From the NCBI RefSeq assembly GCF_009914755.1, contig NC_060927.1: a stretch of 64,000 nucleotides of DNA, one strand, 5' to 3'. Every line of letters starts with the position of its first letter. Position 1 is the first letter of the stretch. The translations under genes were made by a program, and so were the position numbers. Shown here one piece after another: positions 1 to 13,611 of this stretch. Under the pieces are notes generated by a model. The model searched no databases, was not told the DNA's origin, and saw nothing but the letters and a program-made list of their open reading frames with translations. The stretch comes from the human T2T-CHM13v2.0 reference genome, Homo sapiens.

Positions 1-160
1 ATCTTCACGGACAGTAAGGCAGAGTAGACATCAGGTTTGAAAATTTCTCTACATTACTAATCTTTTAAAATGAAGTCAACCATTAATTTCATATATGTCA
101 TATAGATTTTGTAAAGCAGTCTGGTTACTGCTCACAGGTACAATGATACGAACTGTGACA

Positions 161-243
161 TATATTATATTGTATTGTATTATATTATATTATATTATAT
201 TATATTATATTATATTATATTATATTATATTATATATATTATT
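161..243. repeat. (TATTA)n pentanucleotide microsatellite
   Basis: Visible tandem tatattatattatatt...; explains the YIIL-repeat ORF 95..316. Confidence 0.95.
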
Positions 244-1429
244 GTGTATCACACACACAACAAATTGCATAATGACCAAAAGCACACAAAAAGATAATCA
301 AAGTCTACATCTGTGAAATTCTATTTCTTCTACAAGGACTGCAGCTGAGCAGTTCACATGTCTAGTAGTCCAGTTTTGATAGTGTTATAATCTGAATTGT
401 ATTGGAAAATGAAAAATATTTTCAAATATTTATGGATGGGTTAAAGCAGGAAGTAGGTAGAAATGCATTCACGTTCTAGAATTTAGCTCTGGGAACTCTG
501 TCATTTCCCTACTCACTGTTCTTTAAAATATAGCCTTCTTACTTGTATAGGATTAATTGCTTGCCCCCTAAATGCCAAGGCATTTCCCTGTCAAAGTAAT
601 TTATTGCAAACAAGTCATGTCTCTATAACTCATCTGACTGGGTAGCAAGCCCTCAGCATAGTTTTCACCTGTACAAAATGACTATTCTGTGTAATGTGCA
701 TTTTGTTAGTTGCTGAAGCAAAACATCATTATATCATTTATTATATTTTTGACATTCAGGCCACATTTTCAATGGCCTAATTTGCTATGATATTTCTTAT
801 AGTGATATAACTTTTACAACATTCCACACCCAACATTAGAGCGAATTATTTTCCAGGTCTCTCTACTTCCTTCCTAAATGAATAAGAATTTGATGATGCA
901 TGAGCTGTGTTCCCCCTTAATTCTTGTATATAAGAAGCTTTCTCAGCAATTCTTTTCCTCTTTCTGGATCTTCTGTTGTTAATTTTTTTACTTGCAGTAT
1001 GTTTATTCCAACATTTCTTGCTCATACTTGTGAACTTTGATAATGGTGTATTTTCTTTTATCCATTTTCCTTGAGAAGTTTTAGGGCACACTCTGACCAA
1101 CACTTTTCTATTTCTTCTTCTTTTCTTTTCCTATTGTCAACACCCCAATCCATCTGCAAACTACAGTCAGATTAGTTTTCATTGTGCCTTGTTCTTTTTC
1201 ATAGTTTATACAAAGTCAGCTCACTAGCCCTTCACATAAACTGCTTCTCAAGCCTCCTCTTTTGCATGTTCTAATGTTGACCTTTGCCTAATAATTGAAT
1301 GTCGTGACTGATTAACATAGTCTCATTTTACAGAGAATATGGTCTTCCTAGGTTTATGCTTACTACTTATTGCATTATAAAAGATTCAGGAGGAAAAACA
1401 AACCAAAAATAAGAGGAGCCTACTTTTAT

Positions 1430-1620
1430 ATCAGAGATTCTCAAGTCTTCGTCTGCATAAAAATCATATACAAATCTCAGCTCATTAAAAAGTGCATATT
1501 CAATTTTTTACTTATAGGAGTCAATCATCAGGAGGGGTTGGAGACCAGAAACATACATTTTAATGAAAACCCCAGTGTATTTTGCTGAAGATGGCCTGAT
1601 ACAATTTAGCAATTGTTCAA
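1430..1620. mobile_element. MER5-like hAT-Charlie DNA transposon relic
   Basis: cagagattctcaa...catacattttaatgaaaaccccagtgtattttg resembles the MER5A/B consensus; highly diverged. Confidence 0.5.
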
Positions 1621-2251
1621 TGGCTATAGCTTCTAACACCTGTCCTAATGTGGATATTTCATTTTCTCTCCAGAAATTGTACTCAGTAAAATATTTTTAT
1701 TTAAATTATTGCTATGAAATTTAATTTACTAGAAGCCAGGGAAAGATATTTTCTTTCAGTGTTCAGAGAATAAACATATTGATATCTATATATAGGTAAA
1801 CTTAATTATTACTCATTCATAACCTAATTCCTTCAAAGACATTTTTACTCTGTTAATTATTATAAAAAGTATAAGTACTTGACTTGCTGTTTGGAAACTA
1901 AACCCTGGGTATTCTCTATAACATTATCATCTTCCCTTTTTTAGCTAGCAATGAACAGGACTACTTGTGCCAGTATGTTTTATGTTGCTTTGAGGGCCAG
2001 GCAGAAAAATATCACTTAGTGACTGATGAAAAACAACAAATAAAATGGCCTTAAAATACCTTCAGCAAGATAAAGCTAGAAATTGTTCTGTAAGTACTAT
2101 TAATAAATTCTAGTTTATTTCCTCGAATTAAGGAGTTGTTGAATAATTATCAAATGTAATATGTATTCCTAAACCATTGTTATTTAAAGTTGAGCAAATC
2201 TCTTTGTTTCCTTTGCAGAACTGTCTATATTTGACATTAGAAGGCTAACTA

Positions 2252-2549
2252 GGCCGGGAGCAGTGGCTCACACCTGTAATCCCAGCACTTTGGGAGGCCA
2301 AGGTGGGCAGATCATGAGGTCAAGAGTTCGAAACCAGCCTGACCAACATGGTAAAACCCTGTCTCTACTAAGAATACAAAAATTAGCTGGGTGTGGTGGT
2401 GCACACCTATAATCCCAGCTACTCAGGAGGCTGAGGCAGGGCAGGAGAATTGCTGGAACCCGGGAAGTGGAGGTTGCAGTGAGCTGAGATTGCACCAGTG
2501 CGCTCCAGGCTGGCTGACAGAGTGAGACTCCATCTCAAAAAATAAAAAG
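2252..2549 (+). mobile_element. Alu, AluS (Sg/Sc-like)
   Basis: Full dimer ggccggg...A-tail; 13-bp TSD agaaggctaacta at 2239-2251 and 2550-2562; small internal gcagg duplication. Confidence 0.97.
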
Positions 2550-2714
2550 AGAAGGCTAACTAATGTCTGTCCAAAAATATGACAATTTGTGAAACTATGA
2601 CAAATTATGAAATTTGTGAAATGACATATGGAAACACAATGTCATTATTTTCTGTTACCATTTGTATTATGAAAATCCCTAGTTAATACTATAGTAACAA
2701 CACTGTCACTTTTA

Positions 2715-3005
<291 letters not shown>

Positions 3006-3062
3006 AAAAGTTCCAGACGAACTCTTAACTTATGATAAAGAAAAATTCTCTAGCTTGATAGC

Positions 3063-3442
3063 TGATATGGCTTGTCTCTCTGTCCCCATTCAAATCTTGT
3101 GTTGAATTGTAATACCCAGTGTTGGAGGAGTGGCCTGGTGGGAGGTGATTGAATTATGGGGCAGACTTTCCCTTGCCATTCTAGTGATAGAGTTCCCATG
3201 AGATATTTGTGTGACAGTGTGTAGCACCTCACCCTTTGCTCTCTTTCTCTGTTGCTCTGACTGTGTGAAGGCTATGCTTGCTTCTTCCTTGCCTTCTGTC
3301 ACGATTGTTAAGTTTCCTGAGTTCTCTTCAGAAGCAGAAGCCTGTACATCCTGCAAAACTGTGAGCCAGCTAAACCTCTTTTCTTTATAAATTACCCAGT
3401 CTCAGGTAAGCCTTTATAGCAGTGTGAAAACAGACTAATACA
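3063..3442 (+). mobile_element. 5' LTR, MSTA-like
   Basis: tgatatgg start; gaagcagaagcctgtaca...attacccagtctcagg...gactaataca end. Confidence 0.9.
3146..3156 (-). promoter_or_regulatory. DUX4-consensus site in the 5' LTR
   Basis: tgattgaatta is the reverse complement of TAATTCAATCA, matching TAAYBBAATCA; function untested. Confidence 0.5.
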
Positions 3443-5004
3443 AAAAAGTGGTACCTGAGAAGTGAGGCATTGCTATAAAGATATCTGAAAATGTAAAAGC
3501 AGCTTTGAAACTGGGTAATGGGCAGTGGTTGGAACAGTTTGGGAGGGCTCAGAAGAAGACAGGAATATAAGGGAAAGTTTGGAACTTAACTAGAGACTTG
3601 TTGAATGGTTGCGACCAAAATTCTGATGGTGATATGGACAGTGACGTCCAGGCTGAGGGGATCTCAGATAGAGATGAGGAACTTATTGGGAACTGGAATA
3701 AAGGTCATTCTTGCTATGCTTTAGCAAAGAGATTGGTGGGATTGTGTCCCTGCTCTAGGGATCTATTAAATTTGAACCTGAAAGAGATGATTTAAGGTAT
3801 CTAGCAGAATAAATTTCTAAGCACAAAGCATTCAAGATGTAGCCTTGCTGCTTCTAAATGTCTGTACTCATTTGCATAAACAAATAAATGACCTGAAGCT
3901 GGAAATTATATTTAAAAGGAAAGCATAAACATTTGAGAAATTTGCTGTCTGGCCATGGGTAGAAAATAAAAACCCATTTTCTGGGAAAGAATTCAAGCAG
4001 CTGTATAAATTTGCATAAGTAAAGAGGAGCCAAATGTTAATAGCCAAGAAAATGGGGAAAATCTCTCCAGGGCATGTCAGAGACCTTCATGACAGCCCCT
4101 CCCATCACAGACCTGGAGGCCTAGGAGGGAAAAATGGTATCTTGGTCCAGGCCCAGGGCCCCACTCCTCTGTACAGCCTCGAGACATGGTGCCCTGCATC
4201 ATAGCTGGTCCTGGTCCAGCTCCAGCTGTGGCTAATAGGAGCCACAATAAAGCCTGGGCCACTGCTCCAGAGGGTTCAAGCTGGAAGCTGCCAAGGCTTC
4301 CACATGGTGTTAAGCCTGCAGTTGTGCAGAGGGCAAGGGTTGAGGCTTAGGAGCCTCCACCTAAATTTCAGAGGATGTATGGAAATACCTGAATGTCCAG
4401 GCAGGAGTCTGCTGCAGGGGCAGACCCCTCATGGAGAACCTCTACTAGGGTAGTGTGAAGGGAAAATTTGGGGTTGGAGCCCCCACACAGAGTTTCCACT
4501 GGGGCACTGACTAGTGGAGCTGTGAGAAGAGGATCACTGTCCTCCAGACCCCAGGATTGCAGATCCACCAACAGCTTGCACCATCACCTAGAAAAGCCAC
4601 AAGCACTCAAGACCAGCTTTTGAAAGCAGCACAGAAGTTTTACCCTGCAGAGCCACAGGGGCGGAGCTTCTCAAGGCCTTGCAAGCCACCTCTTGTGTCA
4701 GTGTGGTCTGAATGTGAGATGTGGAGTCAAAGAAGGTTATCTTGAAGCTTTAAGATTTAATAACTTCCCTGTTGAGTTTCAGGCTTGCATAAGGCCGGTA
4801 GCCCCCTTTCTGTTGGCTTATTTCTGCCTTTTGGAAAGGGAATATTTACTGAAAGCCTATACCCCCATTGTATCTTGGAAGTAAATAACTTGCTTTTGAT
4901 TTTATAGGCTCATAGGCAGAGGTACTTGCCTTGTCTCAGATTAGACTTTGGACTTGGACTTTTGAGTTAATGCTGGAATACATTAAGATTTTGGGGACTG
5001 TTGG

Positions 5005-5400
5005 TGATATGGTTTGGCTGTGTCGCAACCCAAATCTCATCTTGAATTCCCGTGTGTTGTGGGAGGGACAGGTGGGAGGTAATTGAATCATGGAGGCAGG
5101 TCTTTCCCATGTTGGTCTCGTGATAGTGAATAAGTCTTATGAAATCTGATAGTTACAAAAATCTGATAGTTATTTCATAAGTCTTATGAAATCTGATAGT
5201 TATAAAAAAGGGAGCTTCCCTGAGCAAGCATTCTCTCTTTGTCTGCTCCCACCCATGTAACATGTGACTTACTCCTCATTGCCTTCTGCTATGATTGTGA
5301 GGCCTTTCCTGCAGTGTGGAACTGTAAGTTCATTAAACCTCTTTTTTTCTTCCAAGTCTCTGGTATGTCTTTATCAGCAGCACGAAAACATACTAATACA
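5005..5400 (+). mobile_element. THE1B-type solo LTR nested in the MSTA internal region
   Basis: tgatatggtttggctgtgtc...actaataca; perfect 5-bp TSD gttgg at 5000-5004 and 5401-5405. Confidence 0.93.
5080..5090 (+). promoter_or_regulatory. DUX4-consensus site in the THE1B LTR
   Basis: taattgaatca matches TAAYBBAATCA; function untested. Confidence 0.45.
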
Positions 5401-5468
5401 GTTGGGAAGGCATAATTGTGTTTAAAATGTGAAAAGGACTTGAGATTTGTGAGGGACCAGGTGCAGAA

Positions 5469-5845
5469 TGATGTGATTGAGCTCTGTGTCCCCACCTGAA
5501 TCTCAGGTCAAATTGTAATTCCCAGTGCTGGAAGAGGGGCCTAGTGGCAGGTGTTTGAACATGGGGAAGACTTCCCCCTTGCTGTTCTTGTGATAGCATT
5601 CTCAAGAGATCTGGTTGTTTGAACATGTATAGCACCTCACCCTTTGCTCTCTCTCTGTCTCCTGCTCTGGGCAAGTGAAGACCATGCCTGCTTCCCCTTC
5701 ACCTTGTGCAGTGATTGTAAGTTTCCCAAGGCCTCCACAGAAGCAGAAGCTTATATAGCCTGCAGAACTGTGAGCCAATTAATTTTTTTTATAAATTACC
5801 AGTCTCAGGTATGTCTTTATAGCAATGTGAGAATGGACTAATACA
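5469..5845 (+). mobile_element. 3' LTR, MSTA-like
   Basis: Colinear with the 5' LTR; preceded by purine-rich gagggaccaggtgcagaa. Confidence 0.9.
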
Positions 5846-6179
5846 GTAGCTAGTGTTAACATTATATGATATGGGAGTAACCTGAAATTAAAGTAAAGGA
5901 AATAAAACGCTCTACCATGCACCGTAATACTGCAAAGAACAATGATATAACTGCCACCTCTCACAGCAGGAAATTCAGTTTTTCTTTTAGGGTACCTCCT
6001 CTGTTCTACCAGGCATTTACCGGAACTGATGTGCTGCTCTATCACTGTACTTAGATAATTCTCTCTGGAGGTTTAGAAACAACACAAGCTGGTGATTTAT
6101 TGGTTATTGAAAATGAACTGTCCTCCTAACACAGCTGTAATATGGGCAATGCAGAGGGGAAATATTTCTGCATTTCTAG

Positions 6180-6316
6180 CATGCACAGATACTATGGCCA
6201 AAGAAATGTCTGTGCTTGCAGCAAGTGATTTTGGTGGTGTGCTCAGCAGAGTGCGCTGTATCCATGAAGGGCTGGACTTTCAGACAGTATTGGAGCTCCT
6301 GTGACATTTACATGAG
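6180..6316 (+). other. Candidate non-coding exon downstream of the LTRs
   Basis: Acceptor atttctgcatttctag|C at 6179/6180; donor GAG|gtaagg at 6316/6317. Confidence 0.25.
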
Positions 6317-6719
6317 GTAAGGCCTTTTTATTCCAGTGAGATTATTATGTTTACCAACAGTAGACTCAGAAATACTAACTGATCACCCTTTTCAGCTTAG
6401 GACTGACCTTTGGTCTCATTTGTTTTCACCAGATAATGATTTTTATTAAAGCTTCTATTTCCTGTCCCTCCCTGTGTATCTGCCTGACTCTGGTCACTTG
6501 AATCTCAGAAAGGAGCATCCAGCAAGTCTCTGAAGGCTTTATCAACATCCTTTCCACGCTTCATTATCCATCTTTCAACTCAGCATTCATATCTTTTGCA
6601 GAAATAAAGGGAAATTTTAAACCACAATTCACTAGATAGATTGTTGGAGGTGTATTGTCAGTGTATATTTTTCTCAGCTTACATGGTATTTTCTATACCA
6701 TGATGGCTTTCAAAGTCAT

Positions 6720-7350
6720 ATCTTAAAACCTACCTTCTACCCTGAGCAACATATATTCATGTCCGATTGTCCCCTATACTTCTTTACTTACATTTGTATT
6801 GATTCCTCAAACCAATCTCTAAAAGTTTCTCATAACTCACCTTCCAAATATGTTTATCTACTTTCATTTCCCATTTGAGGCCCAACATGATCTCTATCCA
6901 CAAAGAGACACTTGAGTTTCTTCACCTCACTCTTCCCTCTCAATTCAAAGACATTATGGTTATCCCAATCTTGTTTCTTACCTATATAAAGCATTTTTTT
7001 AAAATTTCATCTTCACTTCTTGTCCCAACCCTTATATTAACTATCTGATTATTTTAGTCATGGACATTCAAATACTTACTCAAGCTTGCTTCTTAAATCC
7101 TATTATGTGCTTTCTTAGTCTACATCTAGAAATAAATTAATTTGCCCTTCAGGGTCAAAGTCAAATATCACATTCCATGAAAAATTTTCCTGCTTTATAC
7201 ACCAGAGCAGAATCAAATATGCTCCCCTATATTTTTGTCCCTATGGAACAAGATTTCATTATTTATATGAGTGTCTCCTATGTAAGACTATGAACTTCTT
7301 GATGGCAGGTAAACTGTCCTCCATCTTTGTAACTATCCCCCTTAACACCA
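6720..7350 (+). mobile_element. L2 relic (3' region)
   Basis: Pyrimidine-rich L2-like sequence ending tgtaagactatgaacttcttgatggcagg...tccatctttgta. Confidence 0.55.
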
Positions 7351-8929
7351 TAATTATGAGGATGTAAATAATTCAAAGAGTCCCGGGTTTCTTTTTGTGC
7401 TATTATAATGGCATGAAGGCCAGGGGTCTAAGGATAGCTAAATTTAGCCTACCATTTATATCACTTTTCTACAGGGCTTTCAAGGGAAATCTACACATAA
7501 GGGAGAATCTCTGAATGAAAATCAAAGTACCATAATAGCTATAAGATGACCTTAACTTTGACAAATCAGACTACAAACTCCAACTCCCAAAGGTAAGAGG
7601 AGCTAAGAAGGAGTTGTTGTATGTAGGCCTGGGCAGCAGTGGACAGTCAAAAAGTCCTTCTTCTTCTGGTGGTAATAAATGTTTTTATGCTACTGAATTA
7701 TTCATTTCGTGTATATTTCGTGAAGACTAAATATAGGTACATAATAAATTGACAATATCAGTTTTGTAAACTCTATCAAGTATTATAAATTAAGTAACTT
7801 AAAATTATTCACATTTAAATTTTTTCAAGTTTATTCCTCCATAATTCTTAAATTATTTCCATTAATGCACTAAGTTTTTGAGCTCTCTATTTCTTTGAAA
7901 GACAGTTAAGATAACTTAATTATATGTTATCTAATTGAAATATTAAAGCATGGGACAGAGCTATCAAAGTGACATTAATAAGTTTCTTAGTGAAGGCTAC
8001 TTCTAAACTGAAATAAAATTCTTCAAAAATAACATACATCAAACTGAGGATCGAGGAAAAAAATGTTGTTGTTTTTATACTATACTATGTATTATATATT
8101 ATATATTTTATAACTCAATACTCTCTGAGATCATGTTAATATTTGAACAGGCTCTCATAATTTAAATAGGACTTATGGATCTTTACAGATCCAAAATTCA
8201 CAGAGATAATAGGACAAAGAAGTAGGGTATTATGAGGAAAAGCTACTACACTATGACTTAAAGCTTTAAATATGACAATTGAATCTATTTTTAATGGCTT
8301 GTTAAATTTCATTAATTTATATTTAATGAGATGAATAACACTCAAAAAATAATTAGGATATCTCAAATAAATAAAAATTATGGAAGCAATAATTAACATG
8401 GGAACAAAATAGAAAAGATAAGAATTAAAGTTGTGTCAGGCATGGTCCAGTCACCAGAATTCCTTGACTCTCACTTTCTACACTTTAATTTTGAATAATA
8501 AGAAATACCTGACTATCTCATAGAATAATTATGTTAATACAAGAAAATAAATAGTGAGAAAAGTTACTGAAAATCTCAACATGTGGACAAATGCAAGTCA
8601 CTGATATTCATTATCTTGATACGGTGTATAATTTGTCCATAGCAATTGGAAAAGTCCTAATTTTTAATCTTGAATGTAAAATGCAACTTTTGCCTGCTCA
8701 TCAAAATCTGAAGACTTCCATAGCAGTGCTTCAAAGTCAAAATGTTACTGAGATGAAGGGCTTCTATGTTAACTTGCTGACTCTCTCAATGCCAAGTACA
8801 GACATCCTCATACTTTTCTGAAGTCTCTGCCTAAAACTGTTCCTCTAGAGGCAAATGTTCGGTTCTAATACACTATGGCCTGTAACACTAAAATTCTGAT
8901 GTAGTGTCATACACAACTGGGCTTTACAT

Positions 8930-9370
8930 AATGTACCCTATCTCTCTGACCTCATCTTTTACATCTCACCTTGCTCATTTCCCAGTTGTCACATTGGGCT
9001 TATATCTGCTCCTCAGGCACACCAAGCATGTTCTTACCTCAGGGCAGTTTTGAGCATACTGCTCGCAATACTTTGTAAGGTTTTTCCTTGATATAATATA
9101 TGTTTCAGTTCAAATGCCCCTTTTTTAAAAAGAGATTTACTGACACAACTGTCTGAATTATCCTGACCATCAAATTCCCCAAGTCACTCTCCAACATATC
9201 TTTGTATTATTTTTTTTCCCTGCTTAGTGTTTTGGAAATCATTGGGCTTATTAATTCATTTACTAATTCAATGTTTGTATCTCCCCCTAAATTACACATA
9301 CCACAAAAACAGACATTTTATATTCTTGTCTGTTTTCTTCCCATTATCTGAAACAAATCCTGGCATATCG
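8930..9370 (+). mobile_element. L2 3' end relic
   Basis: ctctctgacctcatc...cacaccaagcatgttcttacctcagggc is typical of the L2a 3' region. Confidence 0.7.
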
Positions 9371-9384
9371 AGACAGACAGACAG

Positions 9385-9385
<1 letters not shown>

Positions 9386-9423
<38 letters not shown>
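9386..9423. repeat. (CA)n microsatellite preceded by (GACA)n
   Basis: Directly visible. Confidence 0.97.
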
Positions 9424-9425
<2 letters not shown>

Positions 9426-9428
<3 letters not shown>

Positions 9429-9611
9429 TGCTGGAGCTGGATTTTAATAGTTTACACAACTCAATTTTGCACATCTTTTTTGAACTCCTAGTTCAGGAAC
9501 ATCACGTTGGTAGTTTGAAATTGGCCAGATGGGAGCATTTTTGCCACAGAAATCAGCAAACACTACAAATCAGGGCCTTTTTTCCTTGGAATGTCAGATG
9601 AACATTTACTA
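9426..9611. mobile_element. MER63A-like hAT-Blackjack MITE
   Basis: tgtgctggagctgg...catcacgttggtagtttgaaattggcc...cactacaaatcagggc matches the remembered MER63A consensus. Confidence 0.75.
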
Positions 9612-10060
9612 ATCTCTGTCTTTATACAGGAAAGAGACAATAAAACAGTAACAAAATTGATTTCCTATAACTAAGATCTGAAGTGAGGAAAGTATATATG
9701 AGAAGAAGCTTTGGTCTTTGTTACACAGTGTAAGTGAGATAAAAACAGAAACACACAAAACAATTGCTCTTATAGGTTGTTGATCAAAAAGGACAACGGA
9801 GGAAGCCATTAGGAAATAATTCATCTCACACTTGATTTTCACATCTTGGAAATAAAAAGAAACGTGACTGTTTTACTATCTTAAAAATTGCATTATAAAA
9901 TTTAGGATGATATTTAATATAATCTATTAAAACAAAGAGATTTTTAGACAAATGGCCTTTTTGACAAATAGACAAAGCAAGATTTGATGCCAAATAATCC
10001 TGAATAATAACTGGTACTCCTGGCTGTGATTAATTTATCTTTGCATCCTAATAGTATTTC

Positions 10061-10383
<323 letters not shown>

Positions 10384-10734
10384 TAAAATAACGACCACAT
10401 AAATAGTTTGTCAATTATGTACTTACAACTTTTTCTAGTCACAAATAATAATCTAATATGCCCATTGCAGTAACCTTCCATTACTATCACTTCATTCTGA
10501 TGTAAGAATGTGACAGAAACTTTTTTACTTCTCTGGTTTCAGAATGTAGACACAAACATTATGCATCCCTATTATCTGGTAATGATATGGCTTTGTTATG
10601 GTAAAATAATACTTTAGATCAAGTATTCCAAAACCTCAGTCCTACCTAAGAATGTACCTATCATTGCAAATATAGATTCTCAATAGAAATGAGTCTCTTG
10701 ATTATTTTGTTGAAGAGGCAGTCTACTAGTAGAC

Positions 10735-10950
10735 AATAATATTGAGTACCTACCATTCTTATATGTATATTATGCTCAACAATACATTAAGTTCCTTGTA
10801 TTCAGAAAATCAATGCAATGACGCTATGAATAAGTTATTTGTATTTCAGCTTTAAATATGAGAAAATTGATAATTTGAGAAAATTTCCTCTGGTTATGCT
10901 GATAGTAAATAGATGAGATAGAATTCAAATCTAGGTGGTCTAACTTTAGG
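10735..10950 (-). mobile_element. MIR relic
   Basis: attgagtacctacc...tttaaatatgagaaaattga...gaattcaaatctaggtggtctaactt follows the MIR core layout. Confidence 0.6.
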
Positions 10951-11723
10951 TTTCATAGGATTGCATATAGGTTTTCAAACATAATATACTGTCATCCCAC
11001 AAAAACTCAATTCACTAATGACAACTGAAAGGGCTTGGGCTATTCAAAAGGCAAAAGAATCAATACATTCACACAGAGAAATTTCCTTTTAACCTCAGAA
11101 GTATGGCATATGTAAAAAAAATATACATTTGCATGTATGTATGTCTGTGTCTTTTTCTTCTTTTTTAGTCCTCCTTATGCTGCAAAATTACTTGCAGATC
11201 CATGTAGAATGCATCTTGCTTTGGGTTACCTAGAAATGATGGCTCTATTGTACTATTTTCTTATTTTAACATAAAGTTTTTATTTTCCCACTTTGAAATG
11301 TGTTGAATCAATTTCAACTATGTACCACTGTTATACAGACTCATAAAACTTCAGTAGAGTGGCATAAATATGATCCTCTTAGATGTTCAGGCATAACAGG
11401 CAAGGAAACAAATGTCCCCAAACTGACTCTGATGCACCACCTACTGCTATACTTTTTTTTTTTAAGGATTCCTCATTCCTCAAGTGGAGAATGGGATCTG
11501 GTAGAAAAGACATAGCTTACAGAAAAAAGTGGGAAAAGCCCTACTTATAAATTGTCTCATATGAGCAAAGTCTTGAAAGAGTAGTTCTAGATGACAGGAT
11601 AAACATACACATAATAAAACAATTTACTTCCATTTACCATTTGTGCCAGGTATCATTGAAGGTCAGTTCCAAAAGATAAATTAAAAGAGAATTATGTTTA
11701 AGGATTCTGCATGCAGGTTTCTA

Positions 11724-11772
11724 TGTGTGTGTGTGTGAGAGTGTGCATTTGTATGCGTGTGTGTGTGTGTGT
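11724..11772. repeat. Interrupted (TG)n
   Basis: Directly visible. Confidence 0.9.
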
Positions 11773-13208
11773 TTAGGCACTTGTCTTTAGTATTAATCAT
11801 TCTGAAGAATAATTTGCTTGATTGATCTATTCATTCATTTTGCTTGAGCAAAATAGGAGTGAAGCATAAAACTTGAGTCACACATAGAAAAATACTTGGA
11901 TTAGGTAATACAATTACATATAAATATTTTTAAAGGGTTGGTATAGATTTTTATATTTATCTAAGGAGTAAATAAATTATATACCTTAATTACATTTTTC
12001 TAAAACAAGATATAATGGAAATTTTGCATAAAAGCTATATATTAGCAGATTTTATGACAAAATATTTCAGCTAGCAGAAAAAAGGATGTGCAACCATGGC
12101 ATTAATATCTATATCATATATAGATATTATAGACATGAAACATGATTAAATAATTAACTTAGACTTATCACATCCCATGTTGCCAAAAAATTTTCCCCAT
12201 GTTAATTGAAAAGTAAGAAATAATTATCTGTTATTTCACCACTCTTCATTATACCATATCTTTGGTACTGTTGCTAAAGAAATGGTTCCCAGAAAATTCT
12301 CTAATGTTAAGGATTGTTAATCACTATGGGATTAGAACTCAAAGAAGCAGTAAGATATAGAAAAAAGCCACTGAAAATATATTTAAAAAATCTTCAGGTT
12401 TTCGTTAAACAATTTGCACATTAATTTTATTGCCCTCAACATGGGGTTCATTTAGGAAGTATCATAGCTTATTCCTTTCGGAGTTACATATTTTTGTTTT
12501 TTAAATAAACTTTTCATTTTAGAACAGTTTTAGATTTACAGAAAATCATAACAGAAAGTTCCCATATATTGTACACCCAGTATCTTCTATTATTAAATCT
12601 TTCAATATATGATATATGTACCTTTTATGAATGATTGAAGATATATTATTATTAATTAAAATCCATGTTTTATTCACATTTTCTTGTTTTTACACAGTGT
12701 CTTTTTTGTTGTTCCTACATCCCATGTATCATATAAAATAAAATTAAAACTGGTCTTAATGACTTCCAAGGCTCTTTTTGATTGTGACAGTTTTTCAAAC
12801 TTACCTTGTTTTGATGACCTTGAAGGTTTTGATAAATGCTAAGACATTTTATACAATGTTCCTGAATAGAGAAATTTCATTATTATACTAGGGTATAATA
12901 ATGGACTTTTGGAATAAGACCACACAGAGATAAAGTGCCATTCTAATTGCATCATATCAGGAAACACACTATCATCATTACTTAATCATTCTTCAGGTTT
13001 ACTCGATCCCATTCCTGGGATACAGTTTGTTAATTTTCTCCATTGTACATAACTTATTTCACCCCATTTCCATTTTGTATAGTAAAAAGGAAGTCAGTAT
13101 ATGTAGCACATACTCAAGAGTGGGGAGTTGTAAATGTCGTATAAATGAAATTATATGCACCATTTTCAGACTGGCAACTTTTACATAATATTATGCATTT
13201 AAGATTTA

Positions 13209-13513
<305 letters not shown>

Positions 13514-13611
13514 ATTTATTTGTGTTTCTATGTGTCTTGATGGAACAGTCTTTTATTTATCACTGAACAGCATTTCACTGTATGCTTATTCATTCACCTA
13601 TTGAATGACAT

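Larger units (their letters stand above)
3063..5845 (+). mobile_element. Complete ERVL-MaLR element (MSTA-type): LTR-internal-LTR
   Basis: 5' LTR 3063-3442 and 3' LTR 5469-5845 (tgat...ctaataca); THE1/MST-type internal sequence between them; 5-bp TSD atagc/gtagc. Confidence 0.93.

Noticed and set aside
846-1103. 85-aa Lys/Arg-rich minus-strand ORF with an NLS-like RRSRKRKR
   Set aside because: Non-ATG start; composition follows from the T-rich plus strand; no recognisable homology or exon context.
1655-2220. Strong-looking splice acceptors at 1673 and 2218 (also 15761, and minus strand ~58302)
   Set aside because: No convincing paired donor or coding frame; such tracts are common in AT-rich DNA.
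2576-2640. Degenerate repeats tatgaca / tttgtgaaa, checked as a possible CRISPR-like or spaced array (also 57286-57339)
   Set aside because: Short slippage repeats without unique spacers, in eukaryotic context.
13006-13022. 17-mer atcccattcctgggata also found at 38441-38457
   Set aside because: One 17-bp match in 64 kb is plausible by chance, especially for a quasi-palindromic word; the flanks do not align.
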